A DNA stretch of 64,000 nt from positions 1 to 64,000 of the IMG/VR virus record IMGVR_UViG_3300044699_000112, one strand, 5' to 3'. Under the pieces are notes generated by a model. The model did no database searches and had not been told where the DNA came from. It was given only the letters and a program-made list of their open reading frames with translations. Below are positions 8,635 to 18,876 of the stretch, one piece after another. The DNA is from a virus. How positions within the stretch are numbered: position 1 is the first letter of the stretch; each line of letters begins with the position of its first letter. The position numbers and the translations under genes are program-made.

Positions 8635-8651
8635 TTGTATACTCCCCTTCA

Positions 8652-10631
8652 GTGCCCCGTCCGAATAAGCCCGCCTCTCCCGATTCCTCCGTCCTCCTCA
8701 CGCCCGAGCAGCTTGCCATGTCGGTGGGCGGCTACAACCGCACCAAGTTCATCGCCTCGAATGGTGAGTTGATCTGGCAGGCCAACCCCGGCATGCAGGA
8801 GATGATCTTCTACTGGTCGAATCCGGAGGGCGTCGTCTTCATCGACCCGGCCACACACGCGCCGCTCCCGCCCAACAAGGGATTCATCTGCGATGAAATC
8901 CTCGCCGGTGGACCGCGCGGCGGAGGCAAGACGGCGGCCGGTATCGCCTGGGCCGCGGGCTACGTGAACAACCCGAAGTATGTCGGCACGCTCCTCCGCC
9001 TCTCGAACGAAGCGATGAAGGAAACGATTGAAAAAGCCTGGGCGATTTACCGCATGATGGGCGCCGTCAAGAAGGGCAATCCGGTCTCGTTTTTATTCCC
9101 CACGGGGGCGATGATTTACACCGGATACTTGAAGGACGACGCCTCATTTGAGCAGTACAGAGGGCATGAATACCATAGGATTGTCATTGAGGAAGCCGAG
9201 CAGATTAAAAGCGAAGCCCTCTACGCCGCGATCCTGTCATCGAATCGCACCACGGTGCCGGGATTGCGGCCGCAAATCCTCCTGACGGCCAACCCGGACG
9301 GCCCCGGCGCGCAGTGGCTGAAGGCCCGGTTTGTGAAGGTGCGCCAGCACGCCAACGGCGAGCTCTTCCCGTACGGCACGCCCATGTACGACCCGCATTC
9401 GCGGCGCGTGAAGATCTACCTGCACGGGCCGCTCAAAGACAATCCGCAGTTATTGCAGCAGGACCCGCACTACGCCGATCGCCTCGCCGATCCGGCGCAT
9501 CCCGAGTCCAGGCGCAAGGCGTGGATCGACGGCGATTGGGACATCAGCGCGGGCATGTTCTATCCGAACTTCCGGCCGCGCGGCATTTCCTCAGAGCTTA
9601 AAGAATTCCCCGAGGCGTTCCACGTCATCCCCGCCTACAACCTTCCGCCCTGGTGTCATCGCTGGATGAGTTGTGACTGGGGCCACCAGCATCACACCGC
9701 GGTCTACTGGTACGCCCTGGGCCCGGATAAACGCATCCACGTCGAGGACGAGTTGGTCGTTGCGGGCATGGGCGCCGACGAGCTCGGCGCCGAGATCGCG
9801 CGCCGGTCGCTCGCCAAACTCGAGACGATGCCGGAGCCGCGGCTGCGCTGCTACCTCTCGCCCGATGCGTTTCAAGTGAGAGACAAAGATCACATGATCT
9901 CGGATCAGATCGCGTACGGCGTGCAGCGGATCCTCGGGCCGGGGAGCTCGGTGCTGATGGAGTTCACGCCGGTCGAACTGGCGATGTCGCAGATGGACCT
10001 GCAAGGGGCCCTGCGGCTGCGCGAGGAGCGGCTGGCAGCGAGTGAGCTTGACGGGTCGTCGATCTGGTTCACCAGGGCCAACAACGACCGCAAGGCGGGT
10101 TGGGAATTCATCCGCGGGCTGCTCCGCTTTACACCGCTCCGCAAGAAGGCCGAGCCCGATCACGCCTACGGCGATCAGATCCTGGCCACGCGCGGCATCG
10201 TGGCTTACCAGAAGTACATGGCGATGTTCGCCGAGGAAAAGAACGAGGTGCTGCCGCGGATCCGCATTCACGACAAGTGCCCGATCCTGATTGAGACCTT
10301 CCCCAAACTCATCAGCGATTACCCCAACAATCCCGAGGACGTGAAGAAGTTCGATAGCACCGAGACCACGATCGGTGACGATCCGGCGGACTCGCTCCGC
10401 TACGGCTGCATGGGCTTCAAAGACCATGAGTCGAAGGTCCCGCGCGATGTCTACATCGGCGAGGAAATCGACCGCATTGCCGCGGCCAATCCGCAGGATC
10501 AGGACTTCAACATGAAAATCCTGATCGCTCAGCAGGCGCAGCGAAGGTACGATAAACAAAATAATGAAAACGCGGAGTGCGTTCTGCTGCGTGACGCTAT
10601 GCTAGCCAGGAAAGGTCAGATGAAACAATGA
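8652..10631 (+). CDS. terL: Terminase large subunit
   Basis: Walker A GGPRGGGKT, Walker B IVIEEAEQ, motif III TANP, RNase H-like SCDWG and C-terminal DDPADSLRY. Confidence 0.95.
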   Translation: MPRPNKPASPDSSVLLTPEQLAMSVGGYNRTKFIASNGELIWQANPGMQEMIFYWSNPEGVVFIDPATHAPLPPNKGFICDEILAGGPRGGGKTAAGIAWAAGYVNNPKYVGTLLRLSNEAMKETIEKAWAIYRMMGAVKKGNPVSFLFPTGAMIYTGYLKDDASFEQYRGHEYHRIVIEEAEQIKSEALYAAILSSNRTTVPGLRPQILLTANPDGPGAQWLKARFVKVRQHANGELFPYGTPMYDPHSRRVKIYLHGPLKDNPQLLQQDPHYADRLADPAHPESRRKAWIDGDWDISAGMFYPNFRPRGISSELKEFPEAFHVIPAYNLPPWCHRWMSCDWGHQHHTAVYWYALGPDKRIHVEDELVVAGMGADELGAEIARRSLAKLETMPEPRLRCYLSPDAFQVRDKDHMISDQIAYGVQRILGPGSSVLMEFTPVELAMSQMDLQGALRLREERLAASELDGSSIWFTRANNDRKAGWEFIRGLLRFTPLRKKAEPDHAYGDQILATRGIVAYQKYMAMFAEEKNEVLPRIRIHDKCPILIETFPKLISDYPNNPEDVKKFDSTETTIGDDPADSLRYGCMGFKDHESKVPRDVYIGEEIDRIAAANPQDQDFNMKILIAQQAQRRYDKQNNENAECVLLRDAMLARKGQMKQ

Positions 10632-10990
10632 GCCCAACAATGGATCCCGAGTTAGGCGCACCGCCGCGCTCGCTGGAAGATGTTGCGCCGCCGCCGCCCC
10701 CGGCGCCTAAACGATCCGAGGCCACGGGCCCGGTGAAGAAAGTCGGCGCCACCTCGCCGACTCACGAGTCCGTCAATTATACGAGTGCGGCCGAACGCTG
10801 CGAGACGTGCGAACACTTCAACGAGGAAGAAATGAAGTGCAACAAGCACAACTTTGAAGCTGAGCCCGAGGGCCACTGCGACGACTTCGAGTTGCTGGGC
10901 GCCGGTGAAGGCGGCGGCGAAGCGGTGGGCGAGGTCCCGCTCGAGGAGGGCGGGGAAGAGGAAGAAGATCTCGAAGAAGAAGTGTACTGA
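10628..10990 (+). CDS. HiPIP-like 4-Cys domain protein
   Basis: 'VNY...CETCEHF...C...EPEGHCDDF' follows HiPIP Cys spacing; acidic tail. Confidence 0.55.
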   Translation: MSPTMDPELGAPPRSLEDVAPPPPPAPKRSEATGPVKKVGATSPTHESVNYTSAAERCETCEHFNEEEMKCNKHNFEAEPEGHCDDFELLGAGEGGGEAVGEVPLEEGGEEEEDLEEEVY

Positions 10991-10992
10991 CC

Positions 10993-11394
10993 ATGCGGCC
11001 CGGTTTCTGGACTTCCCTCATCCTGCTCATACCGGGCGTGCGCCGCGCGTTCGACATCGCCGCGGAGAAGTCGCTTGAGGCGGCCCGATTCCAGGGCGAA
11101 ATACTCGCCATGCGCTCACGCATCGACACCCTAGAGACCGAGCGCGCCGACATGAGCCGGGAGAAAGACGCCGCCTACAAGCTGGTGATCAATGTTTTCT
11201 CACAATATGCGTGGGGGACCAAGCAGTTTGCTGAAGCGAGCGGGATGCCGCCGCAGTTCCATCCCCAGGGCGGGGCGATGCCCGCCGATTCCATCAACGC
11301 GAGCGCGCTGATCGAACGGGGCAATAAGCAGGCGATGGAAGACTTCCTCCGCGAAATGGACAATCGGGGATACCAGGAAGCCGGGAGCACTTAA
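10993..11394 (+). CDS. Hypothetical coiled-coil protein
   Basis: In the head operon with tight gene packing. Confidence 0.6.
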   Translation: MRPGFWTSLILLIPGVRRAFDIAAEKSLEAARFQGEILAMRSRIDTLETERADMSREKDAAYKLVINVFSQYAWGTKQFAEASGMPPQFHPQGGAMPADSINASALIERGNKQAMEDFLREMDNRGYQEAGST

Positions 11395-11790
11395 ATGGCT
11401 GAATATAACGGACGGCCGATCACGCGCTACGGTTCACCGGCCACCAAGTTCAACACCAAGCTCTCGTTCGACGAGGAGTTGCGGTTCCAGAAGCACAAGG
11501 CCGTCCACTCGCCGCAAGATTCGGGCGAGGACTACGACGAGCGCGGCGCATGGCTCGCCGGGCAGAAGTCCGATCAGACCAAGGGCGAGCACGGCAACGA
11601 CCTCTGGAAGAAGCCCAACCATCCGACGCAGTCGGACGAAAGCCTCTACGCCGGTCACGGCCCGGCTGGCAAATGGCTCCCCGAGGGCGGCTACGTGCCC
11701 CACGGCGGACTGCTCAAGGCCAAGCTCCAGGATGAGATCAAGGCCGCGCGCCCCAAAGGCAACCGCACCCGGTACTGGGAACAGGAGTAA
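11395..11790 (+). CDS. Conserved phage protein (DYDxRGAW...KKPNHPTxSxESxY motif)
   Basis: Motif recalled from uncharacterised phage proteins. Confidence 0.65.
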   Translation: MAEYNGRPITRYGSPATKFNTKLSFDEELRFQKHKAVHSPQDSGEDYDERGAWLAGQKSDQTKGEHGNDLWKKPNHPTQSDESLYAGHGPAGKWLPEGGYVPHGGLLKAKLQDEIKAARPKGNRTRYWEQE

Positions 11791-11793
11791 ACG

Positions 11794-14082
11794 TTGATCG
11801 CCGATACCGATTCCAAAACAGTCGTAACGCCCGCGGACTTCGTCCAGGTGCACTCGCAGGCCCTCGGCAAGTGGATCATCGAGGATCTCGACCGACCGCT
11901 TTCGGCGGCCCGCTGCGCCCAACTTCTCCGGGCCAAGCGGGCCCTTTTCTACTGGGAGGGGAAGCAGTACGGCCACCTCAAGTGGGACTCGCATCTGGGC
12001 GCGTTCGATTGGGTTCCGATGGATTTTAAAGAGGAAACCCAGCGCGTTTTTGCGAACGTGTACAACATCATCTATAGCGACGGCCAGAAGTTCAACTCGC
12101 TCGTAGGCCAGCGGAGATTGAATCAAAAAGCGGTTCCTGACGACGCGAAGAATTACACCCAGTTGCAGGTGGCCTCGAAGGCCAACACGATGGCGCGGCA
12201 TCTGCTCAGATATTGGAAGCTGCAGCGCCGGGCGCCGAACGAAATCGCCGAGGTCGTCTGGAATACCGGGCCGGTGTTCGGCTTCGTCGATCACGTGGTT
12301 GACGGAAGGAAGCACGGCTTCCATACCGAGCCGGTCTATGGCCTCGAAGAGGTCGAAGGCCCCGGTGAAATGGTCTGCGCAGTGTGCGGCGGCAAGAGCC
12401 CCGAGGGGAGCCCTGCGTGCGAGAACTGCGGCTCGCCGCTTGACCCGATGTCGTCCCCCACGGTCCCCGGCCCGCCGATCCAGCAGACGATCCAGATGGG
12501 CGAGATGGAATACGCCAAGGGCATGCCGGAATTGCAACTGCTCAGTTGCGTCCAGGTGATGGTCCCGTATGACGCCAAGTGGATCGATGACGATTGCGAG
12601 TGGCTCGACTACTCGTTCCCACTCACCAAGCTGAAAGCCAAGCTCGTGCTGCAGCGCCTCAACGCGGCGAAGAAAGACATGTCGCCGCTCGCCGATTGGG
12701 ACACCGACGAGAACGTGGCCGAAGCCGCGCGCATGCTCGAAGAGATTCAGAATCCCAACGACCGGACGATCGATCGCACCGCCGAAACGGTGAGCTACGG
12801 CCGACGCTGGCTGAACCCGAAGGCGTACGACGGGATGCCGCGCGAGATCCGCCGCGCCGCCGAGCGGCTCTACCCCGATGGCTGCCTCATTCATCGCATG
12901 GGCGGGCGCCCGGTAGCGGTGGATGCGGCGAAGATGACCGAGCACTGGAGCGTCTGCAAAAGCGGGACCAATGCGTATATCAATGGGCCAGGGCTCGCGC
13001 ACACCATCATCGGGCAGCAGGACAGCATCAACAATTTTTGGAATATGGCTGATGAAACGGTGATGCGAGGGATCCCCAAGCACATTGTCGACAGTCAGAT
13101 TCTCAATCCGGAGACGGTCAAGAAATCCGGCACAGTGGGCGAGCTCCTGTTCACCAGGACCGGCGGCGTCGACTTGCAAAAAGCGTTTGTCACGATCCCC
13201 ACCGCGGTCCTGCACAACGGGCTGATGCCGGTGGCCGAGGCGATGCGGCAGTACACGCGCGAGGCCGACAACATTCAGCCCGCGTTGTTCGGAGGCGGCG
13301 ATCCGGCGCCGACGTGGCGCCAGGACCAGCAGCAGAAGGCAGGCGCCCTGCAGGGCCTGCAGCTTCCGTTTGAGGGCATGCAGAACTTTGTGTCGGACAT
13401 GCTCGAGGACGGCGTGCGCCTGGGCGCCCGTCACGGCATCGGCGAGGTGACAGTTCCCTCGACCGGCTTCGGCGAGGTGGGCGAATCCATCGATCTCGCC
13501 GAGCTCCAGGAAGAGGGCTGGCATATCGAGGCGGTCGACACCGCGCCGCAGTCCTTCACCGAAAAAGTGACCAAGCTCAGCGGACTCGCGCAGGAGGCGC
13601 CGCAGCTTGCTGCTTCCATCGGCCTGGGTCATCCGATCAACGCCGCGCAAACGAAGGCGTACTTTGGGGTCGATGATTTTTATGCGCCGGGCGAGTTCAT
13701 GTTCTCGATGGTGATGGACCGGATCCAGAAGCTGCTCGGCGAGCCGACGATCCCGCCGCAGATGGATCCGATGACCGGCCAGCCCCTGGTCGACCCGATG
13801 AGCGGGATGCCTGCGGTCGAGACGAGCTCTGTCCCGGTCGATCCATTCCTCGACCAGGACCATACGACGATCGCGACGATCATCCGCGAGTGGTGCATGT
13901 CCCCGGCCGGTCAGCAGGCCGCTGCGGACCCGTCACAGTACTTCCAGAATGTGAAGCTTCACGGCCAGGAACAGGACGCCGCGGCGCAGGCCGCAATGAT
14001 GGCGATGCAGCCCCCGCCCGCCGAAGGCGGCGAAGCACCGCCTGCAGGGCCTCCCGCAGAAACTGCTGCGCCACCACAATAA
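11794..14082 (+). CDS. Portal protein (podovirus/P22-like) with Zn-ribbon insertion
   Basis: 762 aa between TerL and scaffold/MCP; 'IIGQQDSINN' portal-like helix; CAVCGG...CENCG insertion; Q/P-rich tail. Confidence 0.85.
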   Translation: MIADTDSKTVVTPADFVQVHSQALGKWIIEDLDRPLSAARCAQLLRAKRALFYWEGKQYGHLKWDSHLGAFDWVPMDFKEETQRVFANVYNIIYSDGQKFNSLVGQRRLNQKAVPDDAKNYTQLQVASKANTMARHLLRYWKLQRRAPNEIAEVVWNTGPVFGFVDHVVDGRKHGFHTEPVYGLEEVEGPGEMVCAVCGGKSPEGSPACENCGSPLDPMSSPTVPGPPIQQTIQMGEMEYAKGMPELQLLSCVQVMVPYDAKWIDDDCEWLDYSFPLTKLKAKLVLQRLNAAKKDMSPLADWDTDENVAEAARMLEEIQNPNDRTIDRTAETVSYGRRWLNPKAYDGMPREIRRAAERLYPDGCLIHRMGGRPVAVDAAKMTEHWSVCKSGTNAYINGPGLAHTIIGQQDSINNFWNMADETVMRGIPKHIVDSQILNPETVKKSGTVGELLFTRTGGVDLQKAFVTIPTAVLHNGLMPVAEAMRQYTREADNIQPALFGGGDPAPTWRQDQQQKAGALQGLQLPFEGMQNFVSDMLEDGVRLGARHGIGEVTVPSTGFGEVGESIDLAELQEEGWHIEAVDTAPQSFTEKVTKLSGLAQEAPQLAASIGLGHPINAAQTKAYFGVDDFYAPGEFMFSMVMDRIQKLLGEPTIPPQMDPMTGQPLVDPMSGMPAVETSSVPVDPFLDQDHTTIATIIREWCMSPAGQQAAADPSQYFQNVKLHGQEQDAAAQAAMMAMQPPPAEGGEAPPAGPPAETAAPPQ

Positions 14083-14104
14083 ACTCGTGTTATAAATATC
14101 TCCA

Positions 14105-15514
14105 ATGGAAGATCCCGGAGTCGTTGCAGCCTCTTCGACGCCCGCTGCAACAACCGTTAGCGCCGAGCTCGACGCGATGTTCGAAGACGTTTCGAGCGAG
14201 GCGACCGAGACGGAAGCGGCTTCTCCCGAGACGGAAACGACCACAAGCGAGACGATTGCGCAGGACTCCACCGTCCAGCCGCGCTCGCCCGAAAGCGACG
14301 ACGAACCTGCCATAGAAGCAGCCGACACCGACACGACCACCACCGAGGTGGCCAAGGCCCCCCTTGAAGCGACGCCGGTCCCCGAAGATGAGCGCGGCGG
14401 CGAAGAGTACGAGGTCCGCGGCAAGAAGTGGATCCGGTACCCCGAAGCCCGCGGCCGGGAAGTCTACGCCGGGTATCAGGCGGCCAAGAGCTTATCCAGG
14501 GAGCTCGGCCTGCAGGGCCCGGTGACTCCCGAAGCCGTCAAGGCGCTGGCTTCGGACAAGCAACTCCTCGACGCAATCGACTTCGACGTGATGTCGAGCG
14601 ATCCGGTCGATCAGGCCAAGGCGTTCCGTTACCTGTTCACCACCGCCAAGAAGGCGCACGACGCCGGGCACACCGCGCACAACCCGCACGAGACGATGGC
14701 CGACGCCATGCTCCACGCGGCCGCGACCGCGGCGCCCGAGGTGATCCAGGGGATCGAGCAGCGCGTCAACTCCCACACCTTCGACAAGCTCTATCAGAAG
14801 GCCCTGGCGGCCGGGCTGGACACCGAAGCAGGCCGGGACCTGCTCGCCTCGGTGCAGCGCGCCGATCAGGCGCTGACCGGGACCTTCCGCAAGAAGGCCG
14901 AAGTGGCCGCGCAGCAGCAGGCGGCCGATCCGCTCGCCGTCCGAGCCCAGGAGCTCGACAAGCAAGAGAACAGAATCCGACAGTACGAGGCAGAGCAGGC
15001 CGAAGCGGCCCAGCGGCAATGGGACAAGGCGACCAACGCCGCCATCGAGACGGGTGTCTCTGGGTCCATTGCCGCGACGATCAAGCCGGTCGTCGCCTCG
15101 TTGAAGAATTTTCCCCAGACGCAGAAGAACGTGGAAATACGCCTGCGCGAGGAGATTAAAACGGCGTTCCTGTCCGACCCGAAATTTAAGGTCGAGCGGG
15201 ATCGCTATTTCAAGCAAGCTAACATTGCCGGAACTGAACAGATTCGGGATGGGTGGCGAGCGCGCATCGTTCAGCTATACACCTCCAGGGCAGAGCAGGT
15301 GCTTCGAGAGAAGGCTCCTGCCATTCTGTCCGAGTCCGCGATGGCCATTAAAGCCAAAAGCGATAAGACTCACGAGAGGCTCAAAGGTACGCAGCAGCTA
15401 CGCGGGACGCCCGCTGGGGGAAGTTCTCCCAACGGCACGACGGGGCCACCATCCGGCAGCGAAAAGTTCGACAGCAAAAGCTGGGCGCGCGAAATCGACG
15501 CCGCATTCAACTAA
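14105..15514 (+). CDS. Capsid scaffolding protein
   Basis: Acidic disordered N-terminus, coiled coil and short C-terminal helix, directly upstream of the MCP. Confidence 0.7.
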   Translation: MEDPGVVAASSTPAATTVSAELDAMFEDVSSEATETEAASPETETTTSETIAQDSTVQPRSPESDDEPAIEAADTDTTTTEVAKAPLEATPVPEDERGGEEYEVRGKKWIRYPEARGREVYAGYQAAKSLSRELGLQGPVTPEAVKALASDKQLLDAIDFDVMSSDPVDQAKAFRYLFTTAKKAHDAGHTAHNPHETMADAMLHAAATAAPEVIQGIEQRVNSHTFDKLYQKALAAGLDTEAGRDLLASVQRADQALTGTFRKKAEVAAQQQAADPLAVRAQELDKQENRIRQYEAEQAEAAQRQWDKATNAAIETGVSGSIAATIKPVVASLKNFPQTQKNVEIRLREEIKTAFLSDPKFKVERDRYFKQANIAGTEQIRDGWRARIVQLYTSRAEQVLREKAPAILSESAMAIKAKSDKTHERLKGTQQLRGTPAGGSSPNGTTGPPSGSEKFDSKSWAREIDAAFN

Positions 15515-15559
15515 CCGTCACTCCAGGCGTGGCATTGTTCTGACTCAATAGGGAGAACT

Positions 15560-16816
15560 ATGGCCACCGATCTCGTTTTTGCGCAGATGGAAAAAGTCGC
15601 GCCCAAGCTACCGGAATGGTTTGGGAAATTCGACAACGTAGTAAACATGATCAACTCCAAAGCCGACGTGGAGAAGGTCTCAGAGCGCGATTTCCGCGCC
15701 ACTTATTTGACGACCAATGGCGGAAGGGTTGGCACGTACAATCCTGACGGCGGCGGGCTGGGACTGGGCTCGGCGCAGGAAGGCGGCGTGATGATCACGA
15801 CTTACTTCCCTTTCTCGTTTCGTGGTCAGATCACGCAACTGGCGTCCCGTGCTACTGCGGCTGCCGAGCAGAGTCGTTTGCAGGGCTTCAAGAAGCTCCT
15901 CAAAACGATGATCCCGGATTTCTCTGACTTCCTGGACCGCGCGTGGCACATGGGCGACGGCACCGCGGTGCTCGGCACTTCGCTCTCATTCTCGACCGTG
16001 GGCGGCAAGACCGTGTATGTGATGGACACCGCCAACGGCGTCCAGGGCTTTCGCAGGGGCGAATGGTATCAGGTCTACGACACGGCGCTGGCGGCTCCCA
16101 AGGCGGGCGGGCCGTTCAAGCTCCTGACCATCAACTACGCGACTCGCGCGCTGACGTTCGCGGTGACGATCGCGGGCGCGGCCGCCGGAGACAAGATCTG
16201 CTTTGAAGGCACCAGCGGCGCCACGCCAGGGGGTCTGAAGGGTTTGCTCTATCACAACAACATCGCCACTTCGGGCACCACGCACGGTGTGAACCGCGCC
16301 AACGAGCCCGAGATCCTCGTCAACGTGCGCGACGGCGGCAACTCCGTGCCAACCGTGCAGATGGGCATGCAGATCGCTCATCAGATCATCGAGCGGCGCA
16401 AAATTGACCAGGGCACTCCGGCCGGAATGCAGGCCCTGGTGAATCAAAAACAACAAGCGAATATTCGCCAAAACGTGTACGACATGGCCAACTACGATCT
16501 GACCAACGGCAAGGCGAATGCCGACATCGGCGTGAAGGTCGACATGAAGTTCATGTTCGCCGGAGTGCCCGCGCAAGTAGACCCGCATCAGGCCACCAAC
16601 CGCATCGATTACATCACTCCGCAAGACTGGTCGATCGCCGAGATCGACCCAGTCGGATGGTTTGAGATGAACGGCAACAAGCTGTTTCCGCTCTATGCAA
16701 CAGACGGCTCTCCGGCCGCCACGGCGTGGTTCGCGTTGTATGTATTACGCGACTATTTGTGTCAAAATTTTGGCAACGCGGGGGTGATTTACAACCTCGC
16801 GCAACCGACCTACTAG
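15560..16816 (+). CDS. Major capsid protein
   Basis: 418 aa, SD GGGAG, position after the scaffold; HK97-like features ('FSDFLDRAWHMGDGT', 'GLKGLLY', 'GNAGVIYNL'). Confidence 0.85.
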   Translation: MATDLVFAQMEKVAPKLPEWFGKFDNVVNMINSKADVEKVSERDFRATYLTTNGGRVGTYNPDGGGLGLGSAQEGGVMITTYFPFSFRGQITQLASRATAAAEQSRLQGFKKLLKTMIPDFSDFLDRAWHMGDGTAVLGTSLSFSTVGGKTVYVMDTANGVQGFRRGEWYQVYDTALAAPKAGGPFKLLTINYATRALTFAVTIAGAAAGDKICFEGTSGATPGGLKGLLYHNNIATSGTTHGVNRANEPEILVNVRDGGNSVPTVQMGMQIAHQIIERRKIDQGTPAGMQALVNQKQQANIRQNVYDMANYDLTNGKANADIGVKVDMKFMFAGVPAQVDPHQATNRIDYITPQDWSIAEIDPVGWFEMNGNKLFPLYATDGSPAATAWFALYVLRDYLCQNFGNAGVIYNLAQPTY

Positions 16817-16838
16817 CAAGGTCAAATCGGGGCCGGAT

Positions 16839-17468
16839 ATGCCAGCCCGGCCCCGAAAATTATCCACTTACATGGAACAAAAGCTACTTGCCGAGCTCAA
16901 CGGGCGCCTCGCCACGGAGTTCGGGAGGAACCATCTTGGCGAGAACAACTACAAGTGGAGCCTGACCCAGGACCTCTGGGGCTTCGAGCATAAGGGCCAC
17001 TTAGTCCCCCGGCAGATCCTCACGCCGGGCGGTCCCTTGTGGGCGGTCGAGTCGCGCTACGAACGCTTCACAGTGGCGGACATCGTGGGCGCCAACCGCT
17101 GGGCCTTCAGCAAGTGGTCCCACATGCGGCGCGGCGAGTGGATGGCTATCTTCGGCGAGTCCTGGCCGTACCCGGCGCGCGGTGAATATCACCTAGTCGG
17201 CAGCCCGATGCCGGATGGCGAGGAGCCCTGCCACAAGTCGACAGAGACGCTCATCTTCCATCTCCGGATCCATTTGGGGATGACTCTCGAGGATCACGAG
17301 CAGGATCTGCTGGTGAAGCTCGAGGAGAAGCGGCGCATCGAGACCGGCCCGGTGTCCGACGCGATCGACGACGCAATGTTCGCCTTCTCGCATCTGCCCG
17401 GCGCCAAGGATCACGTATCCCTTCCAACGAAAGAATTCCGAGAGAACCAGGAGACATCAGTTGAGTAA
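16839..17468 (+). CDS. Hypothetical virion-module protein
   Basis: Follows the MCP; coupled to the next gene. Confidence 0.6.
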   Translation: MPARPRKLSTYMEQKLLAELNGRLATEFGRNHLGENNYKWSLTQDLWGFEHKGHLVPRQILTPGGPLWAVESRYERFTVADIVGANRWAFSKWSHMRRGEWMAIFGESWPYPARGEYHLVGSPMPDGEEPCHKSTETLIFHLRIHLGMTLEDHEQDLLVKLEEKRRIETGPVSDAIDDAMFAFSHLPGAKDHVSLPTKEFRENQETSVE

Positions 17469-18126
17469 GAGCATCATTTCGATCTGGCCGATGCAGGAGA
17501 CCGCTTACCGTCCGCTGCACATGCCCAAGAATCCGGGCGAGTCGAATCTGTTCATCCTCCAGCCGGGATCGGTCGAGATCCCTTTCGTGCTGAGAGTCCC
17601 CGATTTCGACAATCACATTTACATGGGGAAGGGCGTTTCGCAGACCATTACCATTCCTTCCTACGAGACCGCCAACGATCTTGTGCGCCACTGGCGGGAC
17701 GCCAAGAATTCGCCCGAGGACGGCGGCATTCCCGGCATCTGGCTCTCGCCGGTCGACAACCCGACGATGGAACAGGTGCTCTACTCCGAAGAGTTGGTCG
17801 ACTACAGCGAGAAGCAGGTCATGTTCGCCTCATCGAAGGTGCGCGAGGCCCGGCTCTTCGCCGCCCAGGGCGAGTGGCGGAACATCACCAAGCTGCATTT
17901 GTTTATGGGCAAGCTGCTCAATATCCAGGGCGAGCCGTGGCAGGACTTCGATGCCAAAGCCAAACTCGGGAAGGTGCGCTGCCCTTACTGCGATACGCCC
18001 ATGCCGATCGGCGCCGCCATCTGCGGCACTTGCCGCGAGATCGTGGACATCGAGAAGTACAATCAGATTCGAGCGAGCCAGAATCTTCCTTTGAAGACCG
18101 TGGCCGCTGCTGCGAAGCCGAGCTAA
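17461..18126 (+). CDS. Hypothetical protein with C-terminal Zn ribbon
   Basis: CPYC...CGTC. Confidence 0.65.
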   Translation: MSKSIISIWPMQETAYRPLHMPKNPGESNLFILQPGSVEIPFVLRVPDFDNHIYMGKGVSQTITIPSYETANDLVRHWRDAKNSPEDGGIPGIWLSPVDNPTMEQVLYSEELVDYSEKQVMFASSKVREARLFAAQGEWRNITKLHLFMGKLLNIQGEPWQDFDAKAKLGKVRCPYCDTPMPIGAAICGTCREIVDIEKYNQIRASQNLPLKTVAAAAKPS

Positions 18127-18141
18127 GCGAGGTAACACGCT

Positions 18142-18840
18142 ATGGCCATCCCCACTGTTGAACAAGCGATCGAGGAGGCAGCATTCCACCTCGGAGACAT
18201 CGCCAAGCGCCGGTTTACCATGCCGACGCTTCAGATGGCGGTGGGGCTGGCTTGGCGTGAAGTAATCGACGAGATGGTTAAGTGCCAGGACTCCCAGGTG
18301 GAGCTCCAGACCCTCTACGTGCTGCCTGCCGGTACGTTGACGCTGACGCCGCAGACCGTGGGCATTACCAACTTCGGCCAACTCCTGCGGCTCGAGGAGC
18401 GGCCGAACGGTCAGCAGAACACGGCCTTTTTCCCCGTCGATTACACCGAGGTCATCCCGTTGCCTTGGAGCGCAACCGACAAGCTGGTCTACTACACGTG
18501 GCGCTCGGCAACCTTCACCTTCCCGCCCGCCACGCGCGACATCGAGCTCCGGATCACCTTCTTGCATTCAGGTGACAATCCGGTGACGGGCACGCTGGGG
18601 ATCGACAATTGCCTCACCGTCGTAGGCAAGCTGGCCGCGGCGCTGGCTGGCCCCACCAAGGGCCTCGCGGATATCCCCAAGCGGCTTCGCGACGAGGTGT
18701 ACGTGTTTCCGAACCACATGCAGGCTTTGATCCAGCCCTCGCTGCGCATGCAGCAGGAGCGACGGATTCAACCTGCCGCGTACGCAGTCGGCAGTAACCG
18801 GCGCCGCCCCCGCGGCCAATATCCCTATTTTGGTCCGTAA
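18142..18840 (+). CDS. Head-tail adaptor (tail tubular protein A-like)
   Basis: 'TVEQAIEEAAFHLGD' N-terminal helix, 'FTFPPA...ELRITF', size and position. Confidence 0.6.
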   Translation: MAIPTVEQAIEEAAFHLGDIAKRRFTMPTLQMAVGLAWREVIDEMVKCQDSQVELQTLYVLPAGTLTLTPQTVGITNFGQLLRLEERPNGQQNTAFFPVDYTEVIPLPWSATDKLVYYTWRSATFTFPPATRDIELRITFLHSGDNPVTGTLGIDNCLTVVGKLAAALAGPTKGLADIPKRLRDEVYVFPNHMQALIQPSLRMQQERRIQPAAYAVGSNRRRPRGQYPYFGP

Positions 18841-18876
18841 CGACATTTACCGTACTGGAGAAAATGGAACACCACC

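Noticed and set aside
11434-13863. Long antisense ORFs (809 aa here; also 39235-40926, 47135-48475, 54441-55529)
   Set aside because: Shadow ORFs opposite well-supported high-GC3 genes, with no motifs.
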